The position numbers were made by a program, and so were the translations under genes. The notes below the pieces were generated by a model. The model did no database searches. It was given only the letters and a program-made list of their open reading frames with translations, and was not told the origin of the DNA. Below, one piece after another: positions 11,752-22,929 of a DNA stretch of 64,000 bases. The stretch comes from Iphione sp. A-MEVVRFRX5 (taxonomy: Eukaryota). Every line of letters starts with the position of its first letter. Position 1 is the stretch's first letter. The DNA is taken from positions 47,988,001 through 48,052,000 of the forward strand of contig OZ320322.1 of NCBI GenBank assembly GCA_976226885.1. The letters are read 5' to 3'.

Positions 11752-13699
11752 GTTTTCATTTAGAATTCTCCTCATACACCTTTTTTTTAAACAGTAAAGT
11801 AGTATCACAGTTACATATAGAGTGAAGGTAAATGTTTTATGTTGAGAGCTTTTATTTTAACTTTGGTACATGACTGATAGTTTGTTAGTGAGTAATGTTG
11901 TTTTTATGACATCTATTACCAAACTAAGCTATAAAGGTGGGTAGACTGCTTACGACTGGATCCACTTGAAAGTGTTATTTTGACCTCTTTGCTAGGTGTT
12001 TCCTATCTAATTTGACTTGTATCGCATAGGTTTTCTAATGATATGGCTAGAATGAGTTGTTGGAGTACTTTGGTGCTGTTGTGGGTATAACTTTGTATTG
12101 GTGGTCACAGGTGATTCTAGATAGTCCTTCTAATTAGCGTGTATTAGTTATATTTTACTTTGCATGTACTACTATTCGTATACTGTTATGTGTTATGTGC
12201 AATAAAAACTCATAAAATGACATTTTAGTTATATGGTATTTTATATGAATAAATAGTGGAATGAATAGTAGTAGTGGCAGTGAATAGTAGTAGTGGCAGT
12301 AGCAATAGTAGTAATGAAAGATATTTTAAATCAAGTGTTGTATTGTAGTAATTTGAAGTGTGATTTTGGGTGGTGAATCTGTGCAAAATATATTTGAATA
12401 ACAATTAGAAATGTGCTATTTTAGCTATAGTATATATTTCTCTGAATGGAATGCCTTTTAATTGCTTCAGCTTTGATGTCAAGTATGAGATAGGATGAAG
12501 AAATCAAGATCAATTTTGTTGGTTGGGTTCATTTTGCGAAGAATATTATAGGATTCAAGTTAAGTTGTAATAAATTAGGTGTAGAAAAGTATATAGTAAA
12601 GATGAATATCTTATGTTAGTGTAAATAATTTAAAAACCATGGGAATTATTGTGGATAGTAACTTGTGTGTTGTTAATATAAGTATTCTAAAGTGGCCTTT
12701 CCTTGGAGATCTTTTGTAGGATTATAGAAAAATATTTTGATCTTTGAGCTTGGGATGATCTTAGGATTTTTGGGCTGATTTCAGAGGTATTGTATTGAAG
12801 TTGAGGCAGTTCGAAGTATCGCTTTTATTGTATACATAGAATTGTAATTGACGAAAATCGTGGTGGTGGTGGTAGTAGTATGTACATATAAGGAAATATT
12901 TTTGAAAAGGTCTCGATGCTAAAATCAATATGATTTATTCGTTTAAATTAATATAACAAATATATAAAAACGTTGAATGCTATTTTCTATCGAATTTTTA
13001 TGCTTTATACAGTTATGTTTCATCCTTTAATTTTGATTATGTTTTGTGTATTTTGTGAAAGTATTAGAATCAAAATTCTATTAATAATAGTTTACGTTGA
13101 ACATATACTGGAATTTGATGGAGAAAACTAAGCATTGGAAGCTTACTCTAGAGAAGGAAATTTCTAAAAATGACGTTTTTGTGTGTTCATAATTGTATAT
13201 ATTAATAAGTGTATTGTGTAAACAATGTATCTAAGAGCTTTTACAAGAAGTTGTCGCAGAGTAAATTCTATATTGATGTAACTACATACGATACTATAAT
13301 TGTTGCCTTCGGTTATCAGGAGGTGTTTCGAAAAGAAACCAGACAATGAACGCCGCGCTTCCGCAGAGCATTGTATTACCTCGAGTTTCTTTACTATTAC
13401 ATTGATAGATTTAGGTGTTGGATTAGTGGTTTAGTTGGCACTGGCCCAGTGTTTATCTGCTATTAGATATTAGGTTTCAGTTTGAAAAAAATTGAATCGG
13501 ATATCATTGACGTCAAGGATCAGATGAGATTTAAGATCACTTATTTAGAGAGATGTGTTAACAGAAGGTTATATATGTATGGTATGATTGTAGTGCGCAT
13601 TTGATTACAAAACACCAGATTTGTAAGGAGAGAAGGATATGTGTACGCGTGAGAGAGAGATAGAGAGAAAGAAATAGTTTTCATACTACGCAAAAGAAG

Positions 13700-14960
13700 A
13701 TAAGCGGTATTTGGTACTAGGAGCTGTTTCGGAAATGAGATGTTGATGACGTCGATTGGGAAGAATAATTAACGGTTTGTTGTATGTGAAGATAACTTGG
13801 ATATTTGAGTGACGATGTTGTTGGTTGTATTGTTTGGTATATTGAGTATATAAGATTGGAGGTGTGACTGGTTGGTTGAATTTGCTCTAACTGTTGGACA
13901 TTATAATGCTGTATTGCCAATTTTCGAAGAATACAGGTTGAATCGGCCCTGATGTGTAGTGTAGTAATTTGTGCTACACTTGTGTTCTGAAACCACGAGT
14001 AGGATTGGTCAGATACATTGAATTTTATGTAGGCAATAACAAAGTAATTCTTTGAAGGTGAGATCGCAGAAGAGGCGAGTCACTACGTTGTCTACTCGTC
14101 ATATTTTGTCAAGGAACGAAAACCGTTATATTAACGGTTTTGGATACGGTGAACGAGTTACTACGTTGTCTACTCGTCATATTTTGTCAAGGAACGAAAA
14201 CCGTTATATTAACGGTTTTGGATACGGTGAAGTTGGTTAACGGTCATCACGGATGTATTGGATTGGCTGGTGCGTTTTTTGCTGTTTTCTATGAAGTTAG
14301 GTTTCCTCAACATATTGAGTGGGACCTATTGACTGGAAGGAGTGTGGTGACTTAGTAACGAACGTTTACTAGACCTATTGAGTCTAAATGTTGGAAGAAC
14401 GAGTTGCAAAAAGAAGAAAAACAAGGCTGGCCGAGGATACTAAAGTGTTTGTGATGGGATCGGTTAACAATGTTGGTGAAGAAATGGAAATTCGGAAGTA
14501 GTTTGCAGTTATTGTCTGCTAAGATAGGCAGGACATCAGACGTGACATTAGAGTTTGAGGTTTTATAGAGTAACACTGTCGTGTATGGTGACGCTGTCTT
14601 GCTGTGAGTTGAAAATTGACTCTAAGATTGATTGGTGAAGGACGTGAGCATCGTGCGATGTAGCCAATCAATAAGTGTTACATATTATTTCTTTTGATGT
14701 ATGGGAGAAGGCCAAAGATTCTATTGACGTTAATGCTGTGTCATTTGAAAGGATATAACCATGCAATGGTAAGCGAATGATTGGACGTGCTGAACGTGCT
14801 GGTAAAGATATTTTGGAATACAGTGCAATATATTCAAGATCCATGGGAATTAAATTGGGAACGACTTGAGGCACGTGTGTGACGACAGGAAGCTCAGCAA
14901 AGGAATACGAGGATATGGCATCGAGAGTGGAAACACTTATTTAGCTTGTATGCATGTAAC
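13700..14960 (+). pseudogene. Decayed coding-like region of unknown family
   Basis: Protein-like frames broken mainly by stops derivable from CAA/CAG/CGA, e.g. YGRRPKILLTLMLCHLKGYNHAMVSE*LDVLNVLVKIFWNTVQYIQDPWELNWERLEARV*RQEAQQRNTRIWHREWKHLF and MLEERVAKRRKTRLAEDTKVFVMGSVNN. Confidence 0.4.
14076..14231. repeat. 78-bp tandem duplication containing a perfect hairpin
   Basis: Two copies with one C/T difference; each contains AAAACCGTTA-TAT-TAACGGTTTT. Confidence 0.95.
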
Positions 14961-15163
14961 GTTATCGTATTGTTATTCAGAATTGAAAGTTGTCGATTGC
15001 ATTGTCTATTTATTGTTTTGGATTAATTCTAAGACGTATTATATGTGGGTAATAGTTGTTTCACTATTATTGTCGGCATATAATAGTAATCTTGTGCATA
15101 GTGTTATTTGCGTGTTATATACTTTAATATAATTCTAATTAAATGTGTGACTAACTTAGTTAA

Positions 15164-16030
15164 GTGGCATATATCATGGGAGAAGTTAATTTGGGGGAGA
15201 CAGATGTTTGGCAGTTAGCTCGACGAAGCAAATATTTCGAAGCTTTGTTGCATTATGATGATAGTAAGGAGGGTAGTATCTATGAGTTACCGCCAATATT
15301 AGATAAAAGAGAGTATACAGAGGTTTTGAAGATATTGGGGTCAAAAATTAGTGATGAAGAGGTGACTGCAAGAATATGGGTTTGTATGTGGGAGTCGCAA
15401 GCTAGTAAATACTTGGAGTTTCTTAATTATTTTGCATGCGACAAATTGTTTGAGTATTTATTAGAATATGGTATAGTTCATCAGCCAGCACAAGTGCATG
15501 ACTTTTTGGGAGAGGTTTTCGAGTTATATGGTGTGGAGAGTCCTCGTGGTTCTCTTGCTCTTAGTTTTTTTACAAAATATGCTGGTTGTTCAGTAGAAAA
15601 TCTACTTCAAAAGATTAAAAATCGTGAAGCTAATAGGGTATTTTCAAAAGGTAAGATTCGAACCGTAATACGAAATATTGAACGAAGCAAACTTCCTAGA
15701 AATAGGAAGAAAACCACAGTGTGTTGTATTTGTGTGAAAGAAATAGTATATGTGGAAAAGTCTAGATGGCGCGTTAGACAGGCAAGCCGTATGCCGTGTT
15801 GTGGTGTAATAGTACATGGGCAATGTTTTTGGAGTATGGTGGATGCTTGGGATGGATGTCCTAAATGTGGGACTATGTTTGAGGTTGATGGTACCATGTC
15901 TCCTGGTGTCGATCTAAGCTTCTATCATGTATTGGCACGAGAATCGCTTAGAAGAGAAGGTATAAGACGTGAATGTCGCGAAGCCGAAGGTATACCTCAA
16001 GAGGCTATAATTCCGACGCCACCGCGATAG
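15164..16030 (+). CDS. Intact ORF: N-terminal BTB/POZ-like domain plus C-terminal RING-like zinc finger (putative ubiquitin-ligase component); first ATG at 15176
   Basis: LARRSKYFEALL...E.SIYELP..LDKREYTEVL...ASKYLEFLNYFACDKL follows the BTB pattern. CCIC-x21-CC-x4-H-x2-C-x10-CPKC resembles a RING. ATCATGG is a good Kozak context, and AATAAA lies downstream near 16309. Confidence 0.7.
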   Translation: MAYIMGEVNLGETDVWQLARRSKYFEALLHYDDSKEGSIYELPPILDKREYTEVLKILGSKISDEEVTARIWVCMWESQASKYLEFLNYFACDKLFEYLLEYGIVHQPAQVHDFLGEVFELYGVESPRGSLALSFFTKYAGCSVENLLQKIKNREANRVFSKGKIRTVIRNIERSKLPRNRKKTTVCCICVKEIVYVEKSRWRVRQASRMPCCGVIVHGQCFWSMVDAWDGCPKCGTMFEVDGTMSPGVDLSFYHVLARESLRREGIRRECREAEGIPQEAIIPTPPR

Positions 16031-17475
16031 TGAGTTATGAATGTTGGAATACCAATTTCAAAATACCAATTTCAAAATTTTATGTATGTGTATGTGCGTG
16101 GGGGGGAGGGGATGCATTTTTTTCGCGAGTCAGTCTACAATATAGTGGTTTAGGTGTGACTGTGAGTATACGTGTTTATGAATGAATGTGTGTGTATGAA
16201 TTCTTATGCTTAGTTGTTTTGGTTTTTCTTTTATTTTTAGATGAAGTTTGCTGAGTTTATCTATTGTGAAAGATTTTTATTGAATTTTATATTAGACTAC
16301 AAATAGGAATAAAAGGAAATCTATTAAATTGTATAGCTTTTCGTGGAGATTAAAAATTGTGCAGGAGTTTGTGGTCATATTGATACACCTGGGAAATCAG
16401 TCTTATATCATTGAATAAATCTATTTTTCCATAGGTATAGTTATATTTTGAAATAGCTCAAGTATGTATTTTGCAAAAATCTATTATGACTACGTATACC
16501 ACCTAAGAGGTTTATTTTATAGTATATGTGGATGTAAAAACTAATATATTTGTATATCTGTAATTGGTGGAATATCATTGTTTTGTGAAGAAGCATGTAT
16601 TCTATCAAGAATTAGAATTGTATTCAAATTTTCTTTTGTTATTGAGATATGTGACTACGTACACTATGTTGCTTTATAGTGAATCAGTTGTTAAGTAAGA
16701 TTGAGTATATTAATCTTCTCGCTCTTTTGACTTTTTTTCATCTAGCTTATTTATTGTTTTCCTTTTTTTGGTTTGACTTTTGTTAGAGTTAGATATGTAT
16801 ATACTAATATTTACAAGCTAAATTTAGATTAAGGATATGTTATCATAGAAGGTTATTTAGTGAATTATGAAATTTTTGTTATTTATTGTTGTTTGTGAAT
16901 ATTAGATTGATTATAAGTGACTATTTCTATATGAGTTGTTCAATGTGTACTTCTATCCTTAGTGGTAACCTTGTGAATAAACCAGTTAGTTCGATCATCT
17001 CTATCAAGTATGTAGTATTGTTGTTTGTTTCATCACATAAACGTTGACATTTAATTTAAATTCGGAAAGATACAACATTTATGTATAAAGGAAAATATGA
17101 AATGTGTCAACGCTAAAGTTATAAGAATCGTTTGATTTTAATTTGATTAGAATAAATGGTATAGGTAGTGATTGACTAAAAAAATAAACGGGTTTGATTT
17201 ATGATGCTGTTTTAGGATACATGGGTATGTAAAATGTGCTGAGTTATGTGCTAAATAATAATATTAATATGTATGAAATACTACAGTTGCGGCATTTCAT
17301 ATAGACGGAATACAAGTGTTTGGTGATTAAGAGCAAGGAATACAGCAGTATCTTCCAAACCAATGAATGATTGCAATGATTTGCATTTGTGATATAATTA
17401 CTTTATATGTGAGCCACTTTAGAATATCAATTGAATCATATGTCTTGAATAGAATTGTTTTCATGTGGATTTCAG

Positions 17476-18720
17476 GGAAATGAATCTTGGTTTGATATTG
17501 AGAGGGGACAGAGTTGTTTTACCGAAAAGTTTGTAACAGAGAGTAGTTGATGTCGCGTATTCAAGTCATCAAGGCATAGTGAAGATCAAGTTGTTGTTGC
17601 GTGAAATTGTTTGGTTCCCAGGAATAGATAAGCCGGTGGAAACCATAGTAGCCAACTGTTTTCCATACCAGTCGACAACTCTAAAAGTTGAGAGAGAACT
17701 ACTGTATACTATAGAATTACCGAAGAATCCATGGATAGAAGTTTCTGTAGATTTCTGTGAACCATTCAAGACTGGAGAGTATTTGCTGGTAGTCATTGAC
17801 GACTACAGCCATTTCCTTGAAGTTAAAATTGTTAAGTTAACGTCAGTAACAGCAATCATTCCAAGGCTTGACGCAATATTTGTTTGTCAAGGAATACCAC
17901 TGACTGTTAAGTCTGATAATGGACGCTCTTCAACAACAAAGACTTTGCAATGTGGGCTAGATATATGGGCGTCAATTATAGAAAAATCACATTCTTATGA
18001 CCACAAGCCGATGGAGAGGCGAAACGATTTATGAGGATGTTGAGAAAAGCAATATGTGTCGCTATGATTAATGTAGAAAGCTGGAAGCAAGAGCTCAACA
18101 CCTTTTTCTGGCACTACAGAGCCACTCCACACAGTACTATAGGTATGTTTTCAGCCGAAATGTTGATTGGAAGGAAGTTGAAAACAGATATGCCCATGAA
18201 GACAACAAAGAAGCAAGTCAGATTTCAAGACCAAGTGGAATTGGCAAGAAGAAAGGATGAGAGATTGAAGAGATACATGAAGGGGCTCATTGACAAGTGT
18301 CATCAGGCAAAAGAACATAACTTGGAAGTCGAAGATCGAGGTTTTGTGAAACAGCTAAGAGTGGATAAGCTGTTAACATCATATAAGTCCGTATCATATG
18401 AAGTCATTAAAAAGAATAGTAGCATGATTACAGCAAGATGAGGTGATCATGTAATAATAAGAAATTCATTCCACATGAAGAAAATCGATAGATAGTGTGG
18501 TGACATGGGACCGACAGATTCAGAGCTCGAAGCGCTCTTAGATGATTTGTTACCCTGCAATCAGAGTGAGACTGAACTCAAAGCGCTCTTAGATGATTTG
18601 TCACCCTGCAATTAGAGTGAGATTGACATTGGGACTGATGTGTCGAGTAATGTCAGTTCTCGACGAGTGTCAGTAAGGATTAGGAGAACACCTAGTCACT
18701 TGAAAAACTTTATTGTAGGG
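17476..18720 (+). mobile_element. Ty3/Gypsy LTR-retrotransposon integrase remnant
   Basis: ILRGDRVVLP..., SHQGIVKIKLLLREIVWFPGID, PWIEVSVDFCEPF, LLVVIDDYS, VKSDNG, PQADGEAKRFMR, YRATPHST, and terminal RRVSVRIRRTPSHLKNF. Confidence 0.92.
18527..18625. repeat. 51-bp tandem duplication in the Gypsy pol tail
   Basis: ctcRaagcgctcttagatgatttgtYaccctgcaatYagagtgagaYt occurs twice; differences are transitions. Confidence 0.85.
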
Positions 18721-19499
18721 AAGTGAGTGCTGAAGATTCACTATGAGAGTGACGTGCTGGCAACTGCTCTTCTTCAAATTAAATTTGATATTTTTAAGAT
18801 TAAAGCTCCTTGAAGCTACAGTCATCAAAGAAGCACTATGAACACATCTAATCATGAACATTCATTCAGAAGAAACTATCTTAAGCAAATGGTTTAAGAG
18901 CGTAAAGATATAGTTTGGTAGAGTATGAAATCCATAAAGGAACTATCATTGTTGTTGGGGGAAAATACTACAAGAAGGTGGCAAGATTTATTTGCATATA
19001 AAAGTTGAACGAGTATTTTGTCGCTCGTTTTTAATTTTTGTGTGTAATGTTGTTATCTGGCTCCTTTCACTTTATGAATATTAAGTAGGGAGGAATGCTA
19101 GAATACCATTCAATATGGTTACCACCAACATGTAGTAATAAATATCAACTCTTTGTAACTAAGTTCTCAAGTGATCATTTCATACGCACACACACACAAC
19201 ACAATAGAATATTAAGTAACTTTGATGTATGCGTTTTATTTGCTATTCGTTTGATTAAACCTAAAAACTCTTCATATCCGCTGATGTTGACTTTACATGT
19301 GTAGTGTAATCGTTCGGCAAGGTAATTATCATATTCTTTCCAAAGTTATTGTAGTACTTAATATTCGGTTTATATCTCTAAATCATAATGTTTTAATATT
19401 TTGATCTAACTGCTTTACGCCTAGGATTTTAAAATTTAGTTTGAACACAAATGGTGGTATGTTCTAAGCCAATAATCCTAGTAGAGAACCATGATAAAG

Positions 19500-21480
19500 A
19501 AGCTGATGCTGAGACTCTAACCACTGATCGTTAGATAGGGGCCATGGATCGATTGATTAGTGTTGGAGATCGAATAGGTGGGTTTAGGCTTTAGTGGTGT
19601 TGACGCCGGTGAAGGATCTGCTAGTGGAAATAGTACTACAGTGGGTTTTATACGATTAGTGGAAGAAGAGGACAATTAATCAGAGAAGCTAGTAACAACA
19701 GCTATATAAATCGAGTTGGCTGACTAAATTATCATGGACAGTTTATATGAATACAATTTGGTAATAATTAGTAATTAATAAGAAATTGAGAGAAAGAATA
19801 CATTCCCTATTTGTTGTTGAGGTAGTTGTGATTTGCTAGATTAAATTGTAGGGTATCTATCTTAAACACCATTTAAGAGCTTCTAGACATAGTGAAGGCT
19901 TTAAAAGGAGACTATGTGGCATGATGGATAAGACCATAGTGTGAATATAATAATCAATGTAATGACCCGACTAGTTAATATTAGAGACCGAATAGATGGC
20001 GTAACTTCTTGTGCTCGATTCTGTGTGGGTTTAAGTTCTAGTGGTGTCGGCGCTGGTGAACGATTTGTTAGCGGAAGTAGCATCACGATGGATTTTATAC
20101 GACTAGTGGAAGAAGAGGATAGCTAGCCAGAGGAGGTAGTACCGAATTAGTGACAATAGCCATGCAAGTCGAGTTAATTGATAAGATTGCCATGGATAGT
20201 TCATATGAATACAATCTATTAATAATTAGTAATTAATAAGGAATCGGGAGAAAGAATACATTTTCTATTTATTGTTAAAGTAATTGTGGTTTGCTAGATT
20301 AAATCGCAGGGTATCGATCTTAAATACCATTTAACCCTTTAAGGACCGCCAATGCTAAATCAATCACTGGTGATCGATTTTATTCAATTCCTGGGGAAGA
20401 TTATTGATATTTCATAGATCTTCATTTTTAGTACAAAACAAAATGATATCATGAGGCATTCACTGTCATTTGAAATTTTGTAAAAAATACACTATGTTAC
20501 TATGGAAAAGTAGTCATGTGACTTGTAACAATTTTAAAAATGAACATTTATACATATTTTGCTATACATTTTATTACAAATATGTATTAATGCGTTAAAT
20601 AACTAATGAATTAATGTTATATTGTCAAGGTATTCCTATGACACTTAAGAGTGTTCATTTCCCTAGCTTATCAGAAGTTTTTGATGAATCGTTGGTGGGA
20701 GTAATACTAATTATACAGTATATAATGGCTTATAACCTTTTTTGTTATAGCAAAACTGGATGTAATTATTACATAATTATTTGGAATATTTTATATTACT
20801 TTTATGCGGCAAAGGCTGCCTATTTTTAATTTTAGTTCAAAAAAGTGTGATGAAATGCATAGTTTATTTTGTTAACTATCATATTTAACCAGTATTCTTT
20901 GACCTATTGTAATTATTTCTCTTTTTCACATATCCCATGCTGTATCAGTAATGTTGAAGCATATCATGATGCACTGTTTTGCATAAAACATGTATACGTA
21001 CAGGTCATGTTAAAATGTGTTTCAAGTTATATACAGAGACAAATTAGGTATCAAAACATTGGAAATCACTTCCTAAACATTTTCTTAATGCAACATTTTC
21101 TTCTAGGAGTAATATTTCCCAGTGTTTATCTATTAGCAGTGTAAATCAGGGTAAATGTAATGTAAAATCTCTAATTTTCACTTCATTTTCCATAATGCTT
21201 TATTGTCATGGTAACCAAAAATGTGAAGTAAAAATAATTTCAAAGTAACATGTAATTTAAGGGCTTCCTTTTGATATACAGCATTATAAAGAAACTAAAG
21301 TGTTCAATCTTACAGCTTAACATGATATAGGAGACAACCATTACCAGTGTTCAAAACTTCAATTTTTTCAGTCAGAATAGAGTTAAGGAATTTCAGACGT
21401 AGTGAAGGCTTTCAGAGAAGATTATGTGGTATGATGGATAAGGCTATAGTGTGAATATAATAATCAAAGCGAATTATATG
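19500..21480. repeat. Diverged ~450-bp tandem units (19500-19950, 19950-20334, continuing at 21387)
   Basis: Shared blocks ttttatacgaYtagtggaagaagagga, taataattagtaattaataag and gaYRtagtgaaggcttt. Confidence 0.8.
20335..21382. mobile_element. Non-autonomous piggyBac-type element (MITE) with TTAA target duplication
   Basis: Starts TTAA|CCCTTTAAGGACC and ends ...cagtcagaatagag|TTAA (degenerate TIR, 8/14 match). The neighbouring tandem unit shows the empty site accatTTAAgagcttctagacatagtg at 19873. Confidence 0.75.
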
Positions 21481-21630
21481 ATGTTTCGATTTTTTTTTTT
21501 ATCTTTCGTATTCAAATGTTTTGTTATGCCGTCTGTTTACTCCTGCATAGAATTATCTTTTTGCTTTTCAATTGCTCCGACAAAGATTAGTGAGGCAAAG
21601 TATAAGTGTATCTATGAAAAAATGCATTGA

Positions 21631-21840
21631 ATTTAAGGTGGGGTAACATAGGTGGCGTATGATATAGTTCTTGTCATAACGTTGCTAATAGATAGTGTGA
21701 AAACGTGGCGAAGGGTTTGAATCAGTCTTTGAGCTCCGGTGCGACCATGTAGAAGAGTAAGGGTGACAATGCACCCTCCCAATATGCGGAATGCAAACCT
21801 CTAGACCTATGTAAAAATTTTTGGAGAAGTGATTGTGGAG
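21631..21840 (+). mobile_element. 3'-region fragment of the L2/CR1-like LINE family found at 50 and 55 kb, in opposite orientation
   Basis: Reverse complement of about 49975-50183. Confidence 0.85.
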
Positions 21841-22929
21841 CTTCAGTGTAGAGGAGGCCGTTCCTCAACAATTTTTGGAAAAAATATATTTCAGAGAGGG
21901 AGATGTGGAGTTCCCATGATGCTTCTTAGAAGCAGGGGAGAAGGGGGAGAGACTTTTCAGTGTCGATAGGTGGAGGGTGGGATGGGATGAGTGTGGAGGA
22001 GTTGACAGGAGGAGGGGGGGAAAATTGGGGAAAAGAAGGAGGTGACAGATAATGGTTCGGTCCCTGCACTCTGACAACTATGAGGTATACAGGCTCATTC
22101 TCAAAATTAAGAAGAAAGGGGTGTCTTTTGCTGACTTCATATGTCCTTGATTTTGGAAAAAAAAGGTTGGTTTTCTCAGTTCATAGACGTTTCACAGAGA
22201 AAGGGGTGTTTTTCACTTAATCGGAGTAATGGTTAGCCGTTACGGGTCCATGGGGGTTGCATGGTTTCGACTGTAATAGGTATTTAAACTGGAAAGTATT
22301 TTGTATTTTGTAGAATACATAATAAAACGAAATTTCGTTTTGTGAAGTATGAGAAAACATTTCTTTGTTATAAATAGTAATGATAGGGATGATATATATT
22401 TGTTAATATTAAGATATCTAGACGAAATGTTTCTTACTGTATATCGTTTTGGAGAATATAAAGTACGAATTTTTTTAAAATTTAGATTTAAGGTGAACTT
22501 GTAATATGTCGCTGTCTATCAGTAATGTCTACATGTCAAGCGTAAATTATATATATAGTTATGGTATAAAATATTTTTTAAAAAATAATAAGGTAGTACT
22601 TCCTTAGGTGAGGCTCGAAAATTCGTAGTATTTAATTATTGTATTTATTTGACATTTATGTAGATGAGTGAAGTTAAGGTATTACTATGACATATGAAAG
22701 CTAAAGAATGTAGTGAGTGGTTTGAGAAGTTCTATGGTGTTTAGGGTTTCATAATGATAAAACATTAGGCAGCGATAAGAGCCATGTTTTCATTATCATT
22801 TGAAGCATTCACCTTAGAAGTGTTCTTTCTTTACAAGAAGATTTAGCGGTAAACTAGATTTGCATAATTAAATAGTTCATGTACTCTTGGTGAGTTTATT
22901 TGAGTAACGAAAAATACAAATAAATAGTA

